Positions 11,181-23,700 of a DNA stretch of 64,000 nucleotides are shown one piece after another. Position 1 is the stretch's first letter, and every line of letters begins with the position of its first letter. Under the pieces are notes generated by a model, which did no database searches, was not told the origin of the DNA, and worked only from the letters and a program-made list of their open reading frames with translations. The translations under genes were made by a program, and so were the position numbers. Origin of the DNA: Podarcis bocagei (Eukaryota); the NCBI GenBank assembly GCA_964188305.1, contig OZ076894.1, one strand, 5' to 3'.

Positions 11181-14100
11181 GGAACGTCCATGTTTTCATT
11201 TGCTTTTCTTTGTTTGTGAAGAACGTAAGCAGAGCTCCGCTGGGTCTTAGTCATCCCGGCAGCCTTAGCCGACCAGACGCTGCTAAGGAAACCCAGGAGC
11301 AGGGCGTAAATGTCATAGCCCTCCTCCGGTCTCTTCCCACCGCATTGTTCCTTAAATGTACACTACGCAGCTCACCTCTCGCTATGCTGCCTCTTCATGC
11401 TAGCCTCCCTTACGGGGTTGCTGTGAAGATAAAAGAGAAAGAACCACCTGCCCTGCCTCGAGCTTCTTGGAGTAAAGGCAGGACGGAAATAATTCCACAC
11501 AGTCTGTGTCGCGAATTCCATAAGTTGACCATGTGTTGTGCAAAAGTACTTCTTTTGTGTTTCCTGAATCTTTTTTTTAAAAAAAAAGTTTTTCAACTTT
11601 TAACAACAATAAAAACAGTACAGAACTCAACAATGCGCTACCAAGCTGTTCTACAAATTCATGTCAGTATCCATACATAGTTCATTGCCTCAGTTACGGT
11701 GTATTGTTTCTTGCCACCCCAAACTCCCAAGTGATGCGACGTTCCAGGGGTCCCAGATTGCACCAAGCCACTTAATCCTCCTCAATCACCAAGGCTATCC
11801 AAAAACATAAGTTTCCTGAGGGACAGTTCGCGAAACAAAACAAATACAGTACAATAAAAATGAGTGCTGTAAAAACCATTACAAACTAAAAACACAGTTA
11901 AAACCCAAGCTCAAAATTAAGAGGGCTGTGCCATAATGAGACACAAGTTGTTTAAAAGCACTGAATAAACAAGATCCACCTGCAGCATAAAAGAGGGCAA
12001 AGATGAGTTCAGGCAAACGTCTCTGGGAACAGTGTGACGTAACCAAGATGCCACTACTAAAAAGATCCTGTCTCTGGTGGTTACTCAGATCACTTCATTT
12101 GGCAGCAACAATTGGCCTCTGGGGAAGAGAATAAGGTTCAGGTACATAAGTGGGTACATAAGGTACATTCAGGTAACCTGATTTATGAGAAGGAATTGCA
12201 ATCAGCTTTTTTTTCTTCCTCTGAATTAAATAATATTTATGCACTTTGAACAATGCTGTTGCTGTATGAACATCATGAATAAAAAACCCAGCACAGCACA
12301 TTGGAGTGTGAACACAGTCTAAGCCTCATTGATTTCAATGGTATTTCTTGCCAAACAAGGCTTGTAATCCTATTCATGCTTATTTGTGATTAAGCTCCAC
12401 TGAACTTGGAGGAATTATTTCCAAATAAACATTTATAGGACTGAACAAGCAATAAGTACATTTAGGAATGTGGACTTAAATTCACCTGGTTACGATTTTT
12501 GCTTTGGGAAGGGTTGTTTGTACATACATGCATGACCTCAAGGGGGTATCTGAGGGGGGGATTACAAACAAATCTTCAGAGTAAGTGTTTGGTAGAATTA
12601 TGAAGATTTACAGCACAATCATGAGCATGTTTACTCTGTAAAAAAAAAAAGTCTCACTGTGTTCAGCTGGGTTTACTCCCAGGTAAGTATGCATAGGATT
12701 GCAGTCTTAATATAGATAGATGGAATCCTATACATGTCTATGTAATCATATCTAAGAAATAGCAGAGGAGATGCACTGTGTTAATAGATTTTTCTTCTAA
12801 AAATGAGTATTGAATAGAACAGCAGCAACTCAAGGGCAAGACGGCTGGAAGAAATTGCTGACAGATATATTTCTCCCTCATTTGGTGGGCAAGGGAATCT
12901 TTTTTATGTTGTTCAATTTGACCTTTAATCTAGACTCCAGTGTCCTTTTCAGATGGCGTTTAACTGAATAAATGGTGAAGAGTATCTCTCAGCAGCTTAT
13001 CACACACTTGTGATTTCCTTTAGTGGACTTTTTAATTTCTCTTTATGACATGTACTTCTTTATTTTGCTCAGTTAATTTTTAGTGCATAATGTCAAACTA
13101 TCAGTATGAATTAGTGTAACACATTAATCCGTTCCCTTCCTTGCTTAGGCTGTGTACAGCTATTTGCTTGTCATAAATGCATTTGTTCAAGTTTCTTCCC
13201 TGTCAGCTGCTGTTTATTGCTGATTAGATTTCTCGCCGAGCTTGATAAAGAGATGAATCATTTTCAAGCTGTATCATCTTCGCTCTTTAATTTATTACAC
13301 ACATTTTGCCATTCCTGTCTCTTGTACTTAGAGTTAAATGCAGGAGGTCAGCAGCACAGGGCTAGTAGGTGCATCACTTACAATTCCTTTGGAAAGCCAT
13401 GCTGAGACTGTGAATAAGCGCTTCCACTTTTTATGGTCTGTCGTACCGTATCAGCAACAATGTTGAGATTTGTTAATTAGCAAGACGGTTGTGGAAAAAT
13501 TGCCTGTGTCTTTGAGTCTCTGAAAATTGACATTTCCGTTTTATTAGTCAAACCACTATGTTCTATGGAAGAATTTGCTAGCTTTTGTAGAAGCTTCAGA
13601 ACAGAGGCAGCTTTAGCCCAGTGCTCTGGGAAGACCCTCCCACACAGTTAGTATTCAAATAGCCCTTTTCATAAATACTGAAAGCAAGTCACAAATATTG
13701 TCTCAGCAATCTTTACAACATTCTCTAAAATATGCCAATATAAATATCTAGCCTCAGTGGTTTGCTAAAGGCCACACAACATATATACAACCAAGCTGAA
13801 ATTTGTGTCACGAATTTCTGCCTCATATGTCATGTTCTTCATTACAATATCATACCAACTCCACTGTGAATGTATTGGCCCTACAATTGTACGCACACTA
13901 TACCCTTAAAGCACATTCAAAGCACATTTCCTTCCCTAAAGAATTCTGGGCCTTGTATTTTATCTCTCGTAGCAACCCTTAACAAATTACAGTGCCCAGT
14001 ATTCTTTGAGTAGAACCATGTGCTTCAAAGATGTAGTGTGTGGGGAAGGAAGCATGGAACTAAGAGTGCAGATCAGTGGCTGCCATCCTTTGAGGACCCA

Positions 14101-14199
14101 TGGGCACATATACAGACTGAGGAAACTTCTCACTACAAACATTGCAAGTAAGTGCACACCACAACCCATTCTATTGGCTAAATAGAAGGCTTCTTTCAA

Positions 14200-15075
14200 G
14201 TCCAAACCTCTGAATGACCCCACTCAGCAGTTTCATGTAGCTATTAAACAACACGGGAGATAAAATTGGACCCTGAGAAACCCCACATTGAAGACTCCAT
14301 GGAGCTGAACAGTACTCCCCAAACACCTGGAAATGGCCATCCAAGTAGGACCAGAACCACTGCAAAGCAGTGCCACCCACTCCTAACCCAAACAGCCAGT
14401 CCAGAAGGATACCATGGTCAGTGGTATCAAAAACCACAGACAGGTTGAGGGAATTCACAGGGACACATTTCCCCTGTCTCTCTCCTGACAGAGGTCCACA
14501 TATTCAGTGGCGTAGCGTGGGTTGTCAGCACCCGGTGCAAGGCAAGTAATTTGTGCCCCCTAACCTGTGGATTTTAGCAGGGGGTAGAGAGCTGCGAGTG
14601 CGAGCGCCCCCCCAGATGTTGCGCTCGGTGCGGCCAGCCCCCCCTGCACCCCCCACGCTAGGCCACTGCACATATTGGATGGCCAAAACAGTTTCTTTGC
14701 CAAAAATGGGCCTAAACCCCAATGGAAATGGACCTAGAAAATCACTTTCTTCCCAAAGTGCCTGGATCTGGCCTGCAACCACATGCTTGAGAACCTTGCC
14801 CAAGAAAGAGAGATGAGCAACTGGCCGGTAGTTGCTTAGATTTTCCAATTCCAGGGAGGGTTTATTGAGGAGTGGTTTTACCACTGCCTCCTTCAAGCAG
14901 GCAGGGACCACCCCCTCTCTTAAGGAGGCATTAATCACCTCCCTGGCCCAGCCAGCTGTCATCACCCTGTTAGTTTTTATCAGCAGTGAGTGGCAAGGGT
15001 GCACAGTGCAAGTAGTCACCCTGACCCTTCCAAGCACCTTGTCCATTTCCTCGAGGTTTATATCCATGTCCCCTG
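14200..15075 (-). mobile_element. Degenerate L2/CR1-clade LINE reverse-transcriptase fragment
   Basis: NYRPVAHLSFLGKVL, FDTTDHGILL, CGVSQGPILSPVLFNSYM; interrupted by a MITE. Confidence 0.85.
14505..14668. mobile_element. hAT MITE nested in the LINE
   Basis: TIRs cagtggcgtagcgtggg / cccacgctaggccactg; 8-bp TSD cacatatt. Confidence 0.85.
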
Positions 15076-15090
15076 CACCGTGACCTATGC

Positions 15091-15542
15091 CAGTGGTTTT
15101 CAACCAGTGTGCTGTGGCACCCTGGAGCACCTTGAATGATTGTCAGGGGTGCTACGGGCAACACTGGCCTCTGTCCTGCTTTCCTTCCCTCCTTCCTCTG
15201 ATGCCTTCTCGTGTCTCTGCCTCCTGAAGGCTTTCACAGTTGTTTATTGCAGCAGTCCTGGCTATAAGCTCTGCAAGCGAATGGTACCTCTGGGAGACAC
15301 CTCTCTTTGGGGCGGTCAGCTCAGAGACCAGGGACAGCAGCAGCTGCTGCCTGGAACACTCCCGAGGAGAGGGGAGAGGAGAAGAGGCTGAGGGGACACT
15401 CCGCAAGGGAGGGTGTTCGAAAAAGGGTGAGAGGCTGCCAGCTCTGCAGGCAAGGGGTGGCATAACTGGGTTCCTGAGCCTCATACAGGTTGACAGAGAT
15501 TGGATAAGGAAGCCATGGACTCAAAAAGGTTGAAAACCTCTG
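15091..15542. mobile_element. hAT (Charlie-like) MITE
   Basis: TIRs cagtggttttcaacc / ggttgaaaacctctg; 8-bp TSD a(c/t)ctatgc. Confidence 0.75.
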
Positions 15543-17584
15543 ATCTATGCCCACAATCCTCGAAGCATTTGGTGGGCATGAAAATTACTGAAGTCAGTAT
15601 AGGAGCATGCTTGAACTTATTCACACTCTGTATCGTCAAGGAAGCCTGAAACTGTTACTAGCATTAGCAGTTCCTTGTTTTGATGTTGCTGCATTGCATC
15701 ACCATAACAACTTCAGCATTACCAAATACTGTAGTCCTTTCGGATCATAGTTTGCTGGCGAAACAGATTGGAGTGCCCATAAATAAACCTTGCACTGTTT
15801 TCCAAAAGAGGCAAAGTCAGTGCTACAGCAGGTGGGATTGCATCCAGAAAGTGAGTGCTTTGCATATACAATTACTCATGAGAAATAAGTCTGATTTTGT
15901 TCCCGCTTATTTGCACATAGCAACATAACATTTTCAAGCAAAGGCACTGGACCATAAACTCTTGAACAACGAGAAAGATTTATAGCTGACTTAATTTGTT
16001 AGGTTTCCAGTCAGGCAGTAATGCTTCTTTTTCAGTTCAAAATCTGTGTGGATCTTATCTAAAGCTTTAAAAAGTGAGCAAACAACATCTGCTGATACCA
16101 AAGTGGTACTTGTTTTCTATAAACTATCTGTTGTGGGGAGGAATAATTTTTAAAGAAAGGTTTGCACTAGTGATTAAGGAAGCTTGCAAGTGTGTTTACT
16201 GTATTAAAAAGTAATTTCTTTACCAGTGAACAATTAATTGCATTTTCTGTCAATATATGTTCTTAATATTGGTTCATATGTAGCTGCATGTACATATGAA
16301 ATAATGAATTTGACAGTAAAACATCAAATATAGTGAAATATAATGGGAGGAGATAAATGAGTGACAAATGAGCCCACTATGTTCTCTTACCAGGTGCAAG
16401 GAGTTTTAAAGGAGCCCAGTATAAAAAACACTCGAAGTTGTATCTAGACTTATAGTGCAATCCCATCCATGTCTATTCAGTAGCAAGTTCCACTGAATTC
16501 ATTGGGGTAACTTTAAGGGAATCCTTAAATGTTTATGAATTTAACTGCAAACAATGCAGTTAAGCAATCAGGTAATGTGGCTAGGTAGGCAGCAAGTTAA
16601 CTAAGATGCCTTGCTCCTAGGCTACTATCTGGAAATGAAAGTTGTATTGAAAACCAGGACGTTTTCTTCTGAGTAAATATGCTGATTATGACCAGTGACG
16701 ATACTACATTGGCTGCCTATTTGTTTCCAAGCACCATTCAAAGTGCTAGCTTTGACCTATAAAACCCATACTCACACCCACAACACCATACATTAAAAAC
16801 CTTTCCTCAAAGAATCCTGGGAACTGTAGTTTGCCCTGGGCACTGTAGCTCTTGTGGGCAAACTAGTTTTCAGGGGGAGTGTTATCCAGAATGCCTTGTT
16901 TATTCAGATCATCTATTAAGTCCCTACCAATCTGGGAGTGCAATGCACTTCCCATAGAAATCAGTGGCCAAGCTTCCACTGACACAAATGGATACACATT
17001 TACCCAGTTCTATCTTTTCCTCTGATCTATTTCATCATTTAATGCACCACAATCTCTTATTGCCTCACTGAAGTTTCTTAAGCAATGTTATCAATGATTT
17101 TGATCAACAAAATATACTTTGAAAGAGCTTTTCTTGCTAGATTAAAGCAAGCCTCCATGTGAGAGAACAGCATTAATTAATGTCAGTAAGAGCCAAACTA
17201 GATGCAACACAGGAGGTGTATAATCAGATCTCCTGATGTCTTTCTTTGTTGCTTAAGAGCAGCTGTGTGAGAGGAACAGAACTCCGATTTGAGCTGTAGC
17301 ATGACGGAGTGAGGTATTTACGCATCTCTTTGCACTGTTTGTTCACTTTAAATTGTCCTGTAATTAACCAGAGTGCAAGCTGGGAGACCAATATCCATAT
17401 TTTACAGCTACCCATGTTGTACAAAAGAAACGAGTGTATTAAGACTTACCAGCACCACAGAACAAAATATACTGTATATTGTACAATGAGCATACTAAGG
17501 AAAGTAGCTCACAACCCGTACATGTTCCTTTGCCTCAGTTTGTGTGTGTGGCCTTAACCCAAACTTGAATTCTGCTTTGTTTAG

Positions 17585-17773
17585 CTGGAAGAGCACCACC
17601 TAAGCCAAATGTCATCACTTCTCCATCCATCCAGAGTGACAGAAACACCTCACAGAGAGCCACTCCTTTACCTCTCCTCAACAGTGGATGGTCACATCTT
17701 ATGTGTTGGCCAAGATGGATTGGTTTCCATTTGGAGTGCAAACTTAAAACTGAAGAAAACCTCTCTGATTCTT
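17585..17773 (+). CDS. WD40 gene exon A
   Basis: LEEHHLSQMSSLLHPSRVTETPHREPLL...GQDGLVSIWSANLKLKKTSLIL|GTGAGT. Confidence 0.82.
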
Positions 17774-20700
17774 GTGAGTTTAAGAAGTGAGGTATTATTT
17801 AAAGACTGTGATATTTACTGATAATAGGTGTAAGATCTTCCTACTGAGGCTAAAATGAAAAGGAGATTGCTTTTCTGCTGTCCTAACAATCATTATCATT
17901 CTCTCCCAACACATTCACTCATGACTGTATTTCTCAAAATGATGTCAGCCAAGTATAATTGTGATGAAATTAACTCTGACAAATGTATATATGCTTGTCT
18001 CTACACCGAACCAGACAGATTAAAGGATGATATGAGTTATGTGGGTCTATGGTATCGTCTAAGGCAGGCTTTCTCAACTTTTGGTCCTCAGATGTTGTTG
18101 GACTACAGCTTGCATCATCCCTGAGCGCTGGTCATGCTAGCTTGGGATGATGGGAATTGTAGTACAACAACAGCTGGGTTGAAAAAGTCTGGTTTAAGGA
18201 GCCAAAAGGTTGAACTATGAAATAAGAGAAGTATTTTAGCAGACCCTGAATTGGTAAATCCACAAAGGTTTGGGAGCATACCACTTATGTTCTTAACGTT
18301 CTGTCAAAGGATCAAGTCAAACACATGCATGCACAGAGGCTGACATGCAGAAGGGTTTATATGCATGTTGCTAACAAAAGGTGCTGCCTTCATTCTGAAA
18401 ATCGTGGGATAACCAGCCTCATATAACCACCATGCTTAAATGTAATTAATGCATCAAGGGGTTAAGGCCATTGACTAAGTTGTCCTGCCAGACTTAGCTC
18501 ACCTTGGGAGGGACTAGGTAATCAAGCCTTTGTTCCCCCTCACTCTACCTGAGAAGCACAGCATGTGAAGAGGCTTAGCTGGAGCAATCATGGCTCCAAC
18601 AAACCACTCAAGTTCCTATACCAATAATTTAGGAACGTTCACTACTGTAACCAAGCCAAGTTTTACTGCCTGTGCAACTTTTTCTGAATGCTGTATAGAA
18701 AAGTACACGAATCTGACCTTTGGAGAGTTTGTAAGTAAACCATTTATAATTCACCAAACATGTGGTCTTTTTCTATACTAGGGGAAGTTTTGAAACTCAC
18801 AAAAGAATAACAGCCTATATTTTCACACTTTACTTTGCTGCATGTTTTGTGTTTTTAAACTTCAGTTGAGGTTCTGTCACCAAATAATACTTGCCCCAAA
18901 CCTGGACCCTGGCATCCAAGGAATTCTCCTTTATGTATTTATTTTTTCCACAGCACAAAAAAGACAATGGGCATTTGTTTCAGAAGGATTAATAAAAGGC
19001 AGAAAAGAGGAAAAAGTGAGGAAATGGGGGGGAGGGGTGCATATAAAACAGGAAACAGAACAAGAAATTATCTTCAAGATGCATATAAAACAGGAAACAG
19101 AACAAGAAATTATCTATCAAGGCAGAGGCAATTTTTAAAAAACCCAGGGACATTTATTTGGAAATTTCCTGTGCCTTACTTTGAGAGTTCCTTGTTCAAT
19201 TAACATTTTTATGTGCTCATTGGAAGCTGCAACTGCTTTTAACTTGGTTGATGGCTACCACCACACCAACAAATCACACGTTTTTTCATAGGTTGTTACA
19301 TTCAGGGCTTTCTTATTGCTGCTGCTTCCATTAGAACAGCCTCTGGCCTGGTTCAAATATAATGCTAAACCACAGTGTGATTGAGTCAGGGGGAAGAGGC
19401 ATGTTAAAGCACTGTAGTCTGTTAATTTGGCTGTATTTTGGGGAGCGCCGGGCCATTTTTTTCGCTGGATTCTGCCCCACAGCTTATCAGACTCGGCAGC
19501 TGAATGATGCACATCTGCTGATAAATGAGAAGGTGGCAGCACATCCCCAGGCCCCTGCTCCAGTGGCTGACACATGGTTTTAGTAAACTATATTTTATTA
19601 AACCATGACTTTGTGTTCTATGCGAACCTAGCCCAGCGGCTTAACTATGGTTGCTATGTTTCAGTTTAGATCAGACTTTTGACCATGTTCTCTTTTGGAG
19701 TCTAGGATGAAAATGAAAACAAACTACAAAACAGGAGGCTAAAGTGGGTTTCCGACTCTATTTTAATGGCCCATTACAACAAGCTAATTATTGGAACCTG
19801 GTACGTAGTCAATTTCTGGGTTTCTAAGTATGATGGATATGCTACTACCATTTGAAAAGTGTCACAGAAATTTCACAAATTTGTTCCTAATTCTATAAAA
19901 TACGAACATATTTGTATAAAATGTGAACGGCAAACAAGGAAGAGAAAATGGTAGGCAACACACCTTGTTCATGTTGATGTTATCTTGTTTCATTATGGTT
20001 AATGCAAAGTATTTATAGTTTGCTTGGAGTAAATAGGCAGTAAACTATAAGGTGCTGTTCCAGGTACAAGCCACAGGACTCAGCTATACATCTGCGAAGA
20101 AAACGTTTTGAATGTGTTGTAAAGTGCAATATACAATTGTGATACTAGATGGAGTTGGCGAGCTATAGCAAATTCAATGCATTTTTCAAAACGATTAAAA
20201 AAAAAAGATTTTCACAGTGTTTTAAACATGTGTGTAGATTCTACCCGAGCCTCTGTGAGTCTGCTTCAGAATAAGTGGCCTGTAGGTATTTTAGTGTTAA
20301 TTCACTGCAGGAGCATACCTGTGGTGTTAGTGCTGACATTTTGGATTTTTCTGCTTATATGGTTGATTTCAATATGGCAGCACCCATTTCAGAACCATGG
20401 AGATTCAGGAGAGAAATGGTGTTGGAGTCTCTTGGAGTTCTGTGGCAAACCAGGAATCTTTTCTCATCCACACTTCTTGCCCTTTAGACATCTATTATAA
20501 TTCAGCTGATGTCAAGTAAAGAAAACAAATTATTGTTGTTTAATCAGTGCTAAATCTGAATCCACCATACAATGCAAAATGAATCTGTTGAGTTTTGTCT
20601 AACACAAGAACTAAAACAAGCTGTTTTTAAATTAAAGGTGGAGTGAAAATTGTAGTTTATTAACATCAACTGGCTTTTAAAAGCAACATTTACTGGGGAC

Positions 20701-23700
20701 TTCTGGGTTAGCGCCCTTAAAAACCACGGGCGCGGATGCCCGTGGACATGGTGACTCGGCGGGCACCGTTAGCGCCCTCCCGACCCGCGAAGGAGCCTTT
20801 TTAAAGGCTATGGAACGGGGGACGGGGAGCGGCGCGGTGCTGTGAGTCTACTGCTTCCCCTGCCGAGCGAAGCCGCATGCCATTTGCTGGAGAGCGCTGA
20901 CTTCTTCCTTTAAAAAATTTGGACTCAAAACCAAGAACAACAACCCGTGAGTAATTTGGATAATGGACTAAAATTATTTTTTTGTGAATTTGGCACGAGC
21001 GGGGGAGGTGCAAAGAGGAAGTCCGTCTCCCCCCCATTGTAAACAGCTTAAAGCAAGGATCCGCCAACTAAGGTTGCGAGAAGAGCTGTTTTTTTTTTTC
21101 CTGATTGGATAAAAATTATCAATTCCACGGATTCAAAAGTCTAAGTTACTGTGGTGGAGGACAAGAGTTTATTTGCTTTGATTAAGTGCCACTCTTCTCG
21201 AGACCGGGAGTAACCCGTCAAAGGAGCCTGCTGAGGGTTTACAGAAGATCTTGACAGCTGTCAAATTAGCTGTCAAAGTCGGAAAGAACTGAAAGCTTTG
21301 GTTTAGCCGGTTATATTGTTACAAGGTATTAAAAGTAAAGAAAGATTGATACAAATAAATTTGACTTTTGGTTCGGAAGTGAAAGGAATACTAAGTAACC
21401 AGAATCCCTCTAGAGGGGATTCACGGACATTACAAGAATGGAAATAGGTCGGAAAATTCTAGCAGATCTGGATGAGGTCGTCTTTCTCATGGGAAAGCTG
21501 CAAAAGATGTATGAGCAAGACCATGTTTTGTCTACAAGCCCTACAAAACCGAAGTCAACAGTAAATATATCTTCTGAGCTGGAAAAGGACTTGATGTTCA
21601 AAACACAGGCAGCTGGACAAGAAAAGAAACCAAAGACTGAAGAGGAGGAAAAGATACTTGCTGAACAGGAGGAGCAGAAAGGAGGGGCGGCCGAAATGTC
21701 ACAGAAGGTAAATGGGAGCCGGAGGCCTGTCAAGATGGCTTCAAGCTCGACCAAGGTGGAAGCTGGAGTCTTGGGGATACATGGATTTAAGAAACAGAGC
21801 TTGAGCTCCACCTTTAAACAAGTAGGCCTGGCTGGAAAGATCATGGACATTATAGAGAGAGTGCCCCTTCGAGTTTGGGTGTTAACCATAAGGGACTTTC
21901 AAAGAAGCCGGCTGAAAGGGACTGAAAGAGATTTGAGAGCCTCGGACGTAAGGTCACCAGGCTAAATACATGGACTAATGGACTATGGTTTGGGATTGAA
22001 ACCGGGGAGAGAAGGGTGGGGTTTGGAAGTCCAAAGGGGGCCTGATCTTTTTTATGCTGTGTTAAATTTCATGTTGTTTATCATTATAAGAATGGGGAAT
22101 TCGTGGAAGGGAAATAGGGTCAACCTTAGAAAAAGTTTTCTTTACGTATGATTAAGGTATATAAACTAAAAGTTGATTTATAAATTGAACTAAATATAAT
22201 AATGAATTAAGGGTTAAAATCTAATACAAATAAACACATTAACAAATTAAGGTTAAGACATTAGGGATAAAAACTTGCTGAACAAATAATTGGATTTGGA
22301 ATACAAGAAGGGGAGGTGAGGGGAAGTCGTGAAAAGAAGTTATTGAAAATGAGATTTTAAAGGTAGAATTTTTTATTGTGTTTTTCTTTGTCTTTTTGTT
22401 TTGTTTTTTGTACCTTTTGAAACTTTAATAAATATTATTTTAAAAAAATAATAAAAAGCAACATTTACTGGGCTTTAAAAGTGTTTAATTAACATTGTGT
22501 TTTACAGTAACAGAGAGATACGACTCTATGAGCTCTCCAACTTGGAACCGTATTGCCAAATTGTGGCCCTTGAAACAATGCCTCTGTGTTTGGATTACAG
22601 GTACAGTTTGGACTCAACAGTCTTAACCAAATTACATCCACCCACCTCCCAGTTTATATACCTTTCCCGTGAATATAGAAGAAAGAAGACATATAGTTAT
22701 TTTTTATTTTTAACATTTCCTATATTATATTGAGCTTGGATGAGACTAAAACCTATTTAGGAGCAGAAATACAGAATTAACGCCATCTAATTAACTGCAG
22801 TTCTTATTCTGTTCTAATAGCAATGGAAAAACATACAATCCAACTGCCTCTGTTTACCAGGGACAGCCTGTCCTTTCTTATGCCTGTCCCAATTTTCCTC
22901 CTCTTTTACGCTTCTTGGGACTCTTACACAGCTGCAAATAAAATGTTTCAAGTGTGTTGTAAAGTGCAATATACAAATGTGACACTAGATGATGATGGTG
23001 AGGTATGGCAAATTCAATATATTTTTCAAAACGTTTTTAAAAAAAGCATTTTCACAGCTTTTTTTTTAAATATGTGTGTGGATTCCACCATGGAAATGCC
23101 TTGTTTAAAATTTCATTCATGGAAGATCTTCAGGGTTCAGCTCTGCCCTGCCAGCATTTCTAGAAGTTAGACCTCAGAGCGGGGGAATAGACCCATCTTG
23201 GCTTTTGTACACATGTATTTATACATTGTATTTGTATTCTTCTTTTTCTCCAAGGAGCTACTGTATGTATTAGCTATGATCAGGGTAGAAGCTTTATTTG
23301 AACAAATTACAGACAGACTGTATAATGCTTTTTCTTCCTGTTTAAAGTGTTTGGGGAGAAGGTGAATGCGTGATATCATATGGTGACGAGCAGGTATGTT
23401 GATAAGTTTGGTATGTTTTAATTCAGATATAAACTGAGAAAATGGCACAGCTAGAACTTACTGAGTTTTGCAGTTTGTTTCTAAGAAAGGTATCCACAAC
23501 TTGTAAAAATGAAACACACAGAATATAGGTTTAAATATAATCAGAGATATTTTTTGCTGTTGGGCATTTGCTGCAGGATATAGACTACCCTTCTTCTCCT
23601 GTTCTTTTAAAAGGTAAAGGTAAAGGTACCCCTGACGTTAGGTCCAGTCGCAGATGACTCTGGGGTTGCGGCGCTCATCTCGCTTTATTGGCCAAGGGAG

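Noticed and set aside
11129-11680. 183-aa ORF beside the PLK4 promoter
   Set aside because: No recognisable domain, non-ATG start, runs from CpG island into AT-rich sequence
12620-12710. Strong CAG|GTAAGT donor near 12682 as a WD40 5' exon
   Set aside because: It lies within a short palindromic repeat family seen many times in this window (for example ~8660 and ~40040)
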